DNA of 64,000 bases from Dimorphilus gyrociliatus. Its lineage: Eukaryota > Animalia > Annelida. Both the position numbers and the translations under genes were made by a program. Shown here in pieces: positions 35,993-48,449 of the stretch. A model generated the notes under the pieces. It searched no databases. It was not told where the DNA came from and was given only the letters and a program-made list of their open reading frames with translations. Position 1 is the first letter of the stretch, and each line of letters starts with the position of its first letter. Location: the NCBI GenBank assembly GCA_904063045.1, contig CAJFCJ010000002.1:4149891-4213890 (forward strand), written 5' to 3'.

Positions 35993-38900
35993 CTAGGAGA
36001 GGAAAGGGGAGGTTTCCTTAGGTTTTAAATTCCAACAGAAATATGAATAAGCACAATAAAGTAATAATAAAGTTTTTCTTTACAAGAAAAAAAACCAAAT
36101 TATTCTTTATTATTTGAAAACAAACTGGATGCCTCTCCAAATAAGGTCATATTTTTAACCCTACAAAAAATAAACTATAACATCAGTAAATCTTTACCAT
36201 TTATCACGTGTTTACATATTTAAATTGAATGTAAACATTTCTTACAATTTACTATATATATTTTTTTATCTAAATCATTGAAAAAGGAATTGTAAGGAAG
36301 GAGAAAAACAAAGTTTAGATAAGGGAAAAGTTATATCTAACAATAAAGCTTTACGTTTACTTAAATCGGAAGAAGTATAAAAAAAATAAATAAAAAACCG
36401 GAAGAATCTACTATTTCACTGATTGTTCTAGCTATTGTTTTCTTAGTTAATTTTTTTTATTATAAATCGTTATTATTATTACTATTACTATTATTATTTT
36501 TATCAATCTTTACTATATCTAAATATGCAATCATTTCAGCTATTTGTAATTCCCTTTTCATACTTTTTAATTCGTCTATTCAGTAAATTGTCAGACTATT
36601 TTTAACTTAATAACTGAAGGAAAACCTAATTTTCTCTTCTTTTTCTAAGAATCGGGCTAAAACAGTTTTTTTGCCACTCTATACGGAATAGAAATGTCTA
36701 TCTATATTATGCAACTTTTAACCTTCTGGAATTAAAATTCATCATAAATATTAAAGCTCGAGTGAAATTAGCTTCACCAACCAATAGCTCGTGTGCAGTA
36801 TGCATTTGAAAGGTTTTTTGTTACGTAACAATGGGAGTGACCCGTTTTTTTTCTTATCGAATATCGAATAACGAAAGTAATTGTAATGGGTTATATTGGT
36901 AAATGTAGTCGTCTTTTACAACTTTTTTCTTCCACGTAAGAATATAAAGGATTGATTTATGAATGAAACTAATGGACGGTACAGGTATAAGCGACTACAA
37001 GGCCATTAATTAAATTGATAGCTAAAGGCCCATATCCGACCAAGTGTGAAATATTACTTAACAATGAGGGTGTCCTTATTAATTGGATAGATGAATGGAA
37101 AGGAAAAATACTATTAAACTATTAAAATTATAGGTCATAACCTCTCTTATTCCTTTTTCCTTATTCATTTCGCCAGCTACAGTTTTCTGCTAAATCATTA
37201 AAACTGGCAAGTAATTTTGCAGTTGGCCCCGTAGATTAGACAAGTCTTTCGTTTACATTTTGACAAACAACAACGAAACGTGCTACTGACTTGCAAAATG
37301 TGGTTTTTATTAAGTTAACGAGGCGAATACACGTAAATTTTCCAGTAGCTATCAATCCTTATCAGTAAGCTAGCTTTGTTCCGTATACGATCCACATACA
37401 TAAACACAGTTTATATACTGGAAACTAACCTATCTCCGGATTTGTAGATTTTACTATCTAAGATAAAATTCCATTCCCATCCCGCCCTTGCTTTTACCAA
37501 TCCTTTACGCTCTTTAAATGATAGGCCTAATCTAATAATTTCCAACTGATTCCCTATTTGAAATTAATTAATTATTGTAGTTGGGGAATACATTTTTTTT
37601 TTAATGAGATTTTATTGGCACGAGACGAGTTGGACAACTTGAAAACTGAACAGTCTAACTAATTTATAGTTGACGATAAAGATTCTCCGGTTTGCAGTCT
37701 TATATTATTTATATTCTTCGTCTTCCTCTTTTGAACGTTCTTTTTTTTGTCGTTGTTGCAGTGAATGGATTATAATTGTCAACGAATTTTTTTCTTAAAT
37801 ACACAGTCGATTGTAGTTATGATTGACGAGGGTAGAGGATTTCAATGACTGGTACTGATTACTCATCGAATAGGTCTGCTTTTCTTTACTTAATTTTAAT
37901 TACGCGAATTCTTTTATATCTTACGCTACTAGTCTATCATAAAGAATTCTCAGATAAATCCCTTTCTCCCTTTATGACCTAAGATATGTAATTATCTTAT
38001 ACCTCTTTTTTTTATTAATATAACTTAACAATAGAAATTTAAGGGAAAATATTAGGTTGAAAGCGGAAAATTCTCTATCGTTTTCCCCTCTTCTCTCATC
38101 AATATTGATTTGCTAAGGGAAGTAATAAAATTTGAAAATCTTTACTTCGAGTAGCAACTTTTCTAATATTTCCCCTATATCGATTTCTGATTGAATTTCA
38201 CATATCATTATCAATAACTGTTAAATACCCTACTTCTCCATTAGTTGTTATTGATTACTTATACTAGGATAAAAGAAATTATATAAATTTTTACCTTTTA
38301 AATCACTTTTCTCAATTTTCATAAAATGAGACAGGATAGGAAGTGTTATCAGTAACAATGCAGTTGTTACATGCATAATTTCCTCCAGGAATTTAAGAAC
38401 AGCTAAATGTTTATTTTTTACGTAGACATGAAGATATTGTTACCGGTTAGCAATATAGATGTTTTCCTTTAGTTTTTGCCGTAAGCCTTTGATTTTATAG
38501 TTGGTTTTTTTTGGAGTGTTTTGCCCGCTCGTTTTTCACTCTGTTTCTCTTTTTGTTAAACTAAACTTTTTCCTTCTCCTTTTCGGTTATAATAAATGAG
38601 TGATAAGATTCCAAAGATGAGATTTGAATTTACTTGGCACAAAAATTTTGTCAATTTATTTCCTTGAGAAGAGAATTAATCATTTAAATAAAAATCATAC
38701 CCTCCTCGACGTTCAACTCGGGCGATTTTTGAATGAATTTGACTAATGCCAAAGCGTGCAATGCCAGAGTCACGCACTACAGCGTTCGTAGCGCCACTAC
38801 TCGTCCTTATTATTAATACACTTTTCAATACGTTCTATTACCCAAGTCCTTCTTCAACAATATCCTTCTGAAGAGCTGCGGTTTGTTTGGAATGTTTGTC

Positions 38901-40648
38901 CAACAATGGCCGCGTGCTAACCGTATTGAACAGTGATCATTAATATTGCAATTATTCGCTTTGAAGCGTGACGACAATGCAGTATTATCGTATTTTATTT
39001 TTTTTTCTCTCTCTCTCTGCCTTGAAATATTGTAATATTACAGATTTTTTCTAATTCCTTATTTATATTAATTCATTCAAATAAGCAACAGAAGGCAGAT
39101 TGATAGGCATTGAAAAAGAAGAAAAAAGAAAGATATATGTATTTTTTATATTTTTGCATAAAAAGAGAAATAATTACCCCTTATAAATATGTATACGTTT
39201 ATACGAACTCCAGCTTTAATAAATGCATGGAATTTTAAGAAAGAATTCAATAAAGGGCTTTCAATTTCACAATGTCATTTACAAAATATTTGCTAACTTT
39301 CATATCACAATTCTTTAATAAAATTACCGGAGTTCGTAGGCTCAATTGCCTGGATGATTATCTGCTAAGTTTATGCATAATAAGTAAAAATATTTCTTTT
39401 TGAATAGAATCGAAATTTTCTATTGCTTCATTTGGCCATTTTGTAAACTGTTCTACTCATTATTCATCTGGTATCATTTCCGGAAACGTTTTAGAAACGT
39501 CTAAATTAGGTTTAATGAAAAAAAAAGATTAAAAAACGCCCTGTCTTTATATCATTCTTTTGGCTCTTCCTTACTTCCCCTTTGCAATTGAATCCTTGAT
39601 GGTTACGTGACAATGGGAAGTTTAATGTGAATATTATTGGGACTATTGAAAGAGGGAAGCCTATACCGATCCGGTCACGATTTAATTTTGTTAATTGCTC
39701 TTTTAACCGTTGGCTTCGGGTGGGAATTTTTCACCATCAAACACCTGCAGGCGTAGGAAAAATGCTTTTTAAATAGGAAAAGGGAAGTTAAGAAAGGGCG
39801 AGAAATAAAAAGAGAGATGCTATCTCCGAATAGAAAACGTGCCCATGTGAAATTATTGTACGTCTGCTCTTTTTTTCCTATTGAAAAAAGGGCACAAATC
39901 CTATACTTAGTACACTCTTGTTCGAAGGGCTTAACCGCTTTTTTTTTTACCTCTTTTCGCCACTTTCAATTTGGCTGTTTGACTAGGAACAAAAAATCGT
40001 TGAGGAAAACAACCTTGAAAGGCCTCCGAGTAACAGGTTCATTTTTATCTAAAACAAAAGAGTCATTTATGAGCACAAAGTGTTACTATTATGATAGCCT
40101 TTAAGGTATTTGGCAGTTTAAACAGAAACTTTTTAGGCCTATAATTACAGAGACCATGCGAGTGGCTACTTGCTAATTCCATTAACGGGGTATTATTTAG
40201 CAATCCCCGAAAGAGAACTTTTTTAATATGTATACAAGGGAACTCTTCGTCAAAGTCATAAATATTCATAAGAGAGCAGTTAATTTTCTTAAATATTTCA
40301 CAAAGAAATGATAGTAGAATACTCATTCAAAAAGCAGATTAACACGATCTAATGAATTTTAAGAAATAGTAAAAAAAAGAATTATTGTTCACTGATTGAG
40401 AGATTATCATATGATTTACTAAAATATATATAAGTTAAACATAATCTTTGTATAGAAATTTACTTGTAGAGTTGTTTAATATAGAAAAAGTTCAATATAT
40501 ATGTATATATGCAATTATTTCCACAAGTTTAGAACTAAATCACATTTTGACAGAGAGGAGGGCAGAGGGTAGGGGGGGTAAAGGAGAGAGAGTCGAAAGG
40601 AAAAAGATTGTGTTGTGTTGTATTGTATATTTATATATAAATACAGTG

Positions 40649-40680
<32 letters not shown>

Positions 40681-43600
40681 GGAGGGTAACAGAATGGAAT
40701 CGATAAAAAAAACCAATTTTAAAATGTATTGTTAAAATAAATAAAGTTTACATTAAAAAGAAAATCATTGCAATGTTGCTGGTGGGATACAAAAAACGTT
40801 TTATCAAAAATCTATGTCACTTCTTTTTTTTTAAAAAACAAAATTTATATAATTGATTAATATAATATCTATTTAATAAATAAAGTGTAATATTTATATT
40901 TTTGATGACTACACAATGATGAGTTTTTAAATGACAAATTTATAATCAAGTCAACAACTTGTCAAGCTGGCATTGATACATTAGTATGATAACGTATGTT
41001 TTGTTTTTGAAAAGGACAAGAGGGGAGCGAGGATGGGGGCTGAACAGGAAAGGGGAGGGGGCAAAGGGGTGGAACGAAAGAGGGTAGTTTCAACAGGCAA
41101 GTATGTTATTTACGTAATTATAAATGAATATTTTGTGAATAAACTTAATACTGAACAGCTGCAAAAATGGAATTGATTAGCCAACATTCATTACTTTCTA
41201 AAGATAATCAAAATAATGGAGTTAATGAAGAGTTTAATGATAGGAAAGAATTGTTGGTTTTTACAACTACAGGAAAAAGAAACATTGTTGCCAAAAGTTT
41301 ATTTACGAGAATACTGTTAATTGAACAAGGAGCTGATTCATTTAAAATGTTAATAATAGAACGTTTTTAGTAAGAGTATAGAAGTCGTGTTTGACAAATC
41401 CTTTCTTCTCTTCTTCCTGAATTAAATGTAAGGCGAAGATGAATAGAGAATTGAATGACAGTAATATAAGAATATTCCCATTTTAAACTTCATCCTCTTT
41501 TAGTGTAAAATTTGTTTGAACTTTATATAGAATACAATAAAAACGGGTAAAGAATTGATATATACAAATATAAATGTTAAGATAATACAAATAAAAAAAT
41601 GGGTGGTATGAGCAAAAGTTATACTTAAGCGGGAAGTGATAGAGTTAAATGTTAATCGGGGATAAATTGTCGGAGATTAAATTATGTATGTAAGTATACG
41701 CAGGGTACGCATTGAATATATGATAAACATTCAATATATTGTAAATGACTACATATGTGTATAGCATTATATTTTCATATATATAGATATAGATATATTA
41801 GCATACTGTATATTTATATATTAATAGCTACTTTAGATATAGAAATTGTTGACTGTCAAGCGAAACCACTTAGTTTTCAAACTGTATAGAAAGAAATAAA
41901 ATAAGGTTGAATAACTAATGGAGATTAAGTGATCATAAGCGAATATATGAGAATGAAAAGGAAGAATACAAGAGCAAAAATTCTTTTCATATAGCCCTAA
42001 CTAAATAAGTATGGAAATAAAACTCGGTATTGGGATGAGGTTAGATTGTTTATACACCCTTCATTATAGTGATATCCCTTATCATTCTCTCTCTCACACC
42101 CTCTCTATGCAATCGACACTAACACAACAGCAATCCAGTATAAACTATCCTGCAATTTCGATCGAATCCAAATGCTAACACGTTTTCCATAATGACTTTT
42201 ACAAACCACCCACAGTTTTTCAACTCATATTTTCGCAGTGTGTAAACGTAAATAACATAGCAACTTTAGCCCCAGGAATAATCAAACGTTGGATATTCAA
42301 CTTTCTACAATAGCGCCCTCTCTTTTAATTCATTCTTTCCTCACTCCTAGTGAATTAATCAAATAAACAAGACTGGGATAATTGCACAAACATATATATA
42401 CAAAAAGTCAAATTACGATCGTCAGAGGACGCTAGTTTAGTTGCCTTTCCTGTATAAAAAAGAATATTTCCGAAAGATAAATATATACACCATAAGCGAA
42501 AAACTCGTAATAGCTGCAGTAGCTTTCACCCCGGAAATAATCAAACTAACTGCAACTTTGGCAGTAGACTACAGCCTTTAGGCGACGAGAGGGGCGGCAT
42601 AGAGATAATGATAAGTGACGGTTTTCCGTTAACTCGTAAATAGACTAGAACTAAGAAAGAGAAAAAAAAGTGGAAAACTGACAACGATAAACGTCGTTCC
42701 TAAGTCAATTTACGACCATTTTAAACAGATGCGCATCTATAGATCTAGGAGAAAGTTAATGAAATTAGTAAAAACACTGTAAAAGAAGAGACGGAATAAT
42801 GGCAGATGCGCCAATTCAATTCAGCCCCAATCTTTTCCCGCCTTTACATGTGTTGCTATACATCAACCGCTTGCAAAATTATCTGTCCGACTAGGTTAAT
42901 ATTGGATTAATTGTCTGCTTTGTCGGTGATTTGTTAACGATTGCGTGAGAAAGAGGGAAATTGAATTGCTTCGTCCACGCCATCTACCTTCTACTCATCC
43001 TAAAATATCCCCAACCCCAATATCTGCGTCTCTTTATAGTCTAAATGAATATTTGTATCTACGGAAACCGGCATTCGAACCGTAAAGATAATTAAGTTTC
43101 CGCACGATTAGACCCAAATAGTACATCACGTGCTACAAATAGTCAACTGGTTTAAGATGCGGAAGTACTGTTTGAAAATTATTTCAAAGATGATTAAATA
43201 AGAAGAAAAGTGAATGAATATGGTTGGAATGATAAAAAATACACGCAATTTTTCTCTTTTTTCCTTATATTTCTTCTTTATCCATGTAACACCAGGTGAA
43301 ATTATATATATATATATATATACTGTATATAAGGAATTTCATTTCTATTAGTCTATTGATCTAAATCTTTTGATTTTCAATCGTTTAAAAAATTAATTAC
43401 TGCTCATCACGTGATTCTCCAGTACTTTATATATATAAATGTACTTTGCTATTAGAGATTTAAATAAAATATCTTTTGGCATTTAGCGATATTTATCACT
43501 GTTTTTATAAGCAATTCATGATAAAATGGCCTTTATTTAAATAATTATAGATATAATCTCGTAAACGCCAAAAGGAAAATACTAAAGAATGGAAAAATAA

Positions 43601-44064
43601 GCGAAGAAGAGAATGGAAAATATTCTGAATACAAAGAATAAAGGAAAATTCCTGATAATTGGGAATTCTATCATTCGAATAAATACGTCCAGGTGGAATA
43701 AATTCTTAAGCTTTGTCTTTCATATTGGTATTGTGCTGCCATCTTTAGACAGGTCTGATCGTTAAAGATGAGCAAAAACACTTTTTGTGTTTATCATATT
43801 GTTTTGTATTTTTGGGCAAAAAAAATACCCGATAAATAGGCTTAGATAAATATTTTTGTATTTGACTAAGTAAAATTATTCATTCTTTCCTATCTGCTTT
43901 GTAATAACAGTTTGAACTAAGCTAAGAAAATATCATAATTAAAATTCAAATCTTTGAAATAGGTCAATATATTTTCTTAATAAATACAATCCAGAAGCAT
44001 CTCGTTGCTTCTCTAAACATCTAAATGTGTTTATAAAGTAGTTAGAATAAAATAAAGTAGTTGA

Positions 44065-44499
44065 TTATTTGCCCGTTCTGGGAACTTTTGACTGAATATT
44101 ATCGCCTCGTTTAATTCCAAACAAAGATCTTCCAGTTCTTGGAATTTTGAAAAGTCTGTAACCAAATATATGCCTCTTTCCAGGTCTAGGAACCGTAAAA
44201 ATCGGATTGGTTCGCTTTGAAAGAGCATCATACCAATTTTCTTTTTCAGTATCAATTAGATCGTTCATAGCCGTTTCATAGTCGCTTAATTGAGCGGCAA
44301 AAGAAAATGCTGTGAAAATTAGTTAAATTAATTAACAAGTCAATAAATTCAATACTGAATTAATAAACTAGAAAGTGTTAATATAAACATTTACTAGAGA
44401 ATTAATACTATTATTCATTTATTCATTCAGGTTTCAATAATATTGTAGAAATGAAAAAGACTTACGTAAAATTGCCAACAATACCCAAGCTAACAGCAT
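44065..44499 (-). CDS. PRXamide neuropeptide precursor A (ETH/pleurin/NMU-like), 92 aa
   Basis: Exon 1 44499-44466 (MLLAWVLLAIL, donor C|GTAAGT) and exon 2 44309-44065. Sequence: MLLAWVLLAILPFSFA-AQLSDYETAMNDLIDTEKENWYDALS-KR-TNPIFTVPRPG-KR-HIFGYRLFKIPRTG-R-SLFGI-KR-GDNIQSKVPRTG-K*. It has a signal peptide, an acidic spacer and three Gly+basic amidation/cleavage sites. Confidence 0.88.
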
Positions 44500-44609
44500 C
44501 TTGCTGTATATTCCAGAAGAATAGAATTCAAAATGAACAAGATGAGTGTTATATACGAAAACTTAAATTCTATCCTATTGTGATAAACGACAGTGATTTG
44601 CTGTTGACG

Positions 44610-44630
44610 CACTTGGAATTAATTGTAGAA
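44610..44630 (-). promoter_or_regulatory. Conserved upstream module of precursor A (TTCTACAATTAATTCCAAGTG)
   Basis: 20/21 identical to 45447-45467. Lies 111 nt upstream of the A start codon. Contains a TAATT homeobox core and CAAGTG. Confidence 0.6.
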
Positions 44631-44886
44631 TGATGTTCAGAAGTAAGAATGAAAGAAAAATTATTCAACTGTGCATTTAGATTTTCTATTTTAGGATAAA
44701 TTAACTCTCTAAAGCTTTTGCAGTTACTTTACTGCAACGCAGTAAATCATTTAATTTCTTCATAAATTAATCTATATAAATACAGTCTTTTCTTTCTTTT
44801 ATACAATAGAGAAAATAAGACAAAACAATATATTTTTAATATTATCTTTGAAGCGATTTATTTTTAATTCAAACAGAAAAAAACTG

Positions 44887-45319
44887 TCACTTTCCTATCC
44901 TGGGAATTTTTGCTTGAATATTTGGATCATCCTCACGTTTGGTTACCATTAATGGATTCGTATGTTTCCTTTGAGTTTTAAGTCTAAAGTAATTCTTTTC
45001 ATCAGATACTAGATTACCAAACAGAAGAGATCTAGTGAATGAACGATTAAACAAAAGTAAGTATAGAATGAACAAAAAAAGTTCATATAAACTTACTGTA
45101 GAGAATTTCTTTCATTCACTACTTTTTGTATTGCCTGGAAAATTTTCTCTTCATCGCCATCCGGATAATAATTAAAATCATTATGAACATCAGCTATTTT
45201 AAATGTTAAGGACAAAGCTGCTTTAAAAACAAACTCAATTAACTTAACAATATCATACTATTAACTCTCTCGCTATTAGACTTACGTAAAATTGCTAGAC
45301 AGAACCAAATTCTCATCAT
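44887..45319 (-). CDS. PRXamide neuropeptide precursor B (tandem paralog), 100 aa
   Basis: Exons 45319-45286, 45220-45097, 45031-44887 (303 nt, phase-consistent). Sequence: MMRIWFCLAILPALS-LTFKIADVHNDFNYYPDGDEEKIFQAIQKVVNERNSLQSLLFGNLVSDEKNYFRLKTQRKHTNPLMVT-KR-EDDPNIQAKIPRIG-K*. Its 34-nt first exon ends GCAATTTTAC|GTAAGTC, exactly as in copy A. AATAAA lies at 44862-44857. Confidence 0.85.
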
Positions 45320-45446
45320 TTTGCCAGTTGTACGTTAAAATCAAAGAATAACTGATTAATTCCGTTTTCAGTTTTCTTATATATTATTGTTTTGGAAAAT
45401 AGTGATAAATAACCATAGTGATAAATAACAGTTATTTAGCGATTCT

Positions 45447-45467
45447 CACTTGGGATTAATTGTAGAA
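45447..45467 (-). promoter_or_regulatory. Conserved upstream module of precursor B (TTCTACAATTAATCCCAAGTG)
   Basis: Paralogous copy of 44610-44630, 128 nt upstream of the B start codon. The adjacent GTGATAAA..ACAGT.ATTT stretch is also shared. Confidence 0.6.
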
Positions 45468-47563
45468 CGTTGTTTGGTAAAGCTGTAAATTGCTTAATTC
45501 TATATTTAGTTGCTTTAGTTGCTTTTTACTTTCATTCAAAAAACCTAACTAAAAACTAATAAATTAGCTGTAAAAACTGTTCTCATATACACTTTACACT
45601 GTTTAAAAGGAAAGCATATGTGGTAAACTGTTATAAGTTATAAATGCCGTTTCATCAATGAATGGATACTAATAACAGCAAAATGTGAATGTTACTTTTA
45701 TGAAAAAGAAAAATCACTCTTTACAATCTGTTTATTTATCAAATAATTACATTTAGAGAATGGAGATTTATTGAAAATGTACTTGAACTTTTGAACCTAT
45801 TTAACCTCATAATTCTTTTTTCCTACTTGAAACATTTTACAATTACCTTGTCATTGTTAGGGAATTCTTGCCTTTCATGTATTATATATAGTATATAGAT
45901 ATTCATTCATTTATTTATTATTCTTGTTGTGATACGAGAAAAAAGTCCAACAATTCCTAATAGAAATTGTTTATTTGCAGAATATGACTATATGCATGGT
46001 GAAGTATTATTTTATGAAAATGTATAAAGTTTTTACGCAATATAACCGACTATTTAACTATTTTATAAGTAGATTTGATGAAAATTTCGTGTGATATCAT
46101 AGCTCAAATATTGTTGACAAAGCAACTTTTATGTTAACGGTTTAATGATTTCCATTAATTCTGAATAAACGCTTTAAACGTATTTTTAGCGAAGGTCGTT
46201 CCAAAATAGAGTCCGTTCTTTCCATTTCCCTCAATACAAATTCCTTAATTCAAAAGTACTATAACAGATGTTACTCTCTAAAGGAAAGAATTAAATGTTA
46301 CAATTTTTAAAGATTGATCTTTCCCTTTTTGCTATTATATGCCGTCTATTGATCGTATAGTATTTTTAGTTAATGCTTTTATAGCTATGCAATTATTTTT
46401 CCATTCATTCGTATATTCTATTATGAAAAGGAAAAAAATGACTATTATGTATTTAAAAAAGAAGAGAAATTAACCTAAAACTTTTTCGTTTTATCATTAA
46501 AAATTTCCGTCTTTGTTTCAATTTATTTTAGATGGGAAGAATTATTAAACTCTAATTAACTATTATAATAACATCCTTTAGAACTTTAATGAGCCCTCAG
46601 CTGGATGTAACATTTTAAATAACTACGAATAAAAACTTATTGAAAATCATAAACTGATTGACTTTTAATTATATATAATTGTTAATTAGAAAAAGTAAAT
46701 TGTAACAACTTATAAAGCTTATTTAAAAAGAATAAAGAACTTAATGAGGATTAAAAGCTATTTTGAAGGGTTAGAAACAAGATGATGATATATTAACCCT
46801 AATCCTGATTTAATAACTGGTTATACTAATTCTAAAACCTAGTATTGTATTTCTTATAAAGAATATATCATATTACTTTGTCTTTCTAATAAATAACTTT
46901 AACGTTTTAATAACGGCTTAATTATTTTATGAAGAATAAACACGTATTGCTTAAACAGTATTGTTTAATTGATCAGATTATTGATTATGATAAGCTTATA
47001 CAATACAATGATATTCCTTAGGGTATACATTTCTGAATAAAGTGACGTTTGTTCGAGGACAGTAGGGAATGAATGGGGAATATGTGCTGCTTATGTTCGA
47101 TTAAGAAAGAACAAATAGTGTTGTTAAAGTTGCATTTCGGCGAAGAATATACAATTGCATAGTAGACGCAGCGTTAAATTTATGCATCTTTTCTCCACGC
47201 AGAAGCGTCATTTATCAATTTGCTTTTCAATTGTTTACAAGAATAGAGAGTGGCCTCGTGTCTGCTATCTCTTAATGGCAATAAAACCTATTATCAGCAT
47301 CGCTAGATTAACTCTATAATGCTCATTAATCTCTATATTCACTTTCTCATCTTCACTAACGAGAAACAAAAAATAGGCTAAAAGAAATATTACGTTATCT
47401 GATGCTTTGTAAAAGAAGAATTTAACCAATGACGAGTGTCACCTGGTGAACGTCGCTATAGGAAAGCGCCCTCTGTATGATGAAATCATTAAAATAAGGA
47501 TAGGAAAGCGGTTGTTATATACTTTTTAGCATTTACGATAAATATCACTAAAAGTATTAATTT

Positions 47564-48299
47564 TCAAAAAAGCGAATAACTGGGGCACCTTGAGAGAATT
47601 TTATAACCAAAATATTGAAGATTTAAAAGGTTTCCATCTAACTAAAAAAATAATTCATCAAAAAAAACAGAGAAGAATCTATCATTTCCGTTGTAAAAAC
47701 TAGACCAAAAGATTACAAAGACAGAGAAAGAAAATGGATTAGTCTTGTACAAAATTTTTTTTAACAAAATGGCCTTTCGATTATTATAAATAGTAAGCCG
47801 ATTGCAACGTTTAGATGGGTCGTCTAAATCCGCTTTTAGAATTAAAATAAAGCCCAAATTATGAAATTTATTTCGCCTCTTAAGTTTTTTTTAGTGCTAA
47901 ATACAAATTTATTGTATTAGTTATTTGCAAAATATGTGACTGTATGCATAAAAGACCCTTGTCTATAATTTTATCTATCTTCTTCCGGTGTTGACGTGCT
48001 AATCCCGACCCATAGTTCATTAAATTATCAATGACAGATTGACGTCCAATGAGAAATCTATATGCAAATTCTAAAGCAACCACCTATAAAACTGTTGAGT
48101 AAATTATCTAATTAAATTAGAGAATTATGTATAGAGTATACAAATATTCATTGGTTAAATAGTAAAAGACGACTTTATTAGTTTGTCTAAGACACGAAAT
48201 ACAATTATTTACGTTTGGGTTTTTCTCAACCGAACATTCTTTTTGGGGATTAAAATCGCTTCTGAAAAACCTAGAAACTAATTTTTGTAAATGCCTCAT
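47564..48299 (-). CDS. Putative small multi-exon gene of unknown function
   Basis: Exon 48299-48213 (MRHLQKLVSRFFRSDFNPQKECSVEKNPN|GTAAAT, phase 0) joins 48083 (TTTATAG|VVALEFAYRFLIGRQSVIDNLMNYGSGLARQHRKKIDKIIDK). Further open segments lie at 47832-47720 and about 47645-47564, but their donors are weak and the 3' structure is uncertain. No family recognised. Confidence 0.4.
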
Positions 48300-48449
48300 T
48301 GGATTTAGAAGCAACAGACTTTTTCTTTTATTATTATGAATATTACAACTTTAACATGCAATTTATAGTCGAAACATTTTGAATTTATTATAAGGAAATA
48401 TTAGGAAATGCTTATTAATAAACGATAAATGTCTACTTAAATCAATTGA

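Noticed and set aside
43062-43102. tRNA-like fragment on the minus strand (GGTTCGAAT T-loop inside a 7-bp CGGAAAC/GTTTCCG stem)
   Set aside because: Only 41 nt, with no D or anticodon arm, an out-of-register T-stem and no A-box. This is a chance hairpin rather than a tRNA.
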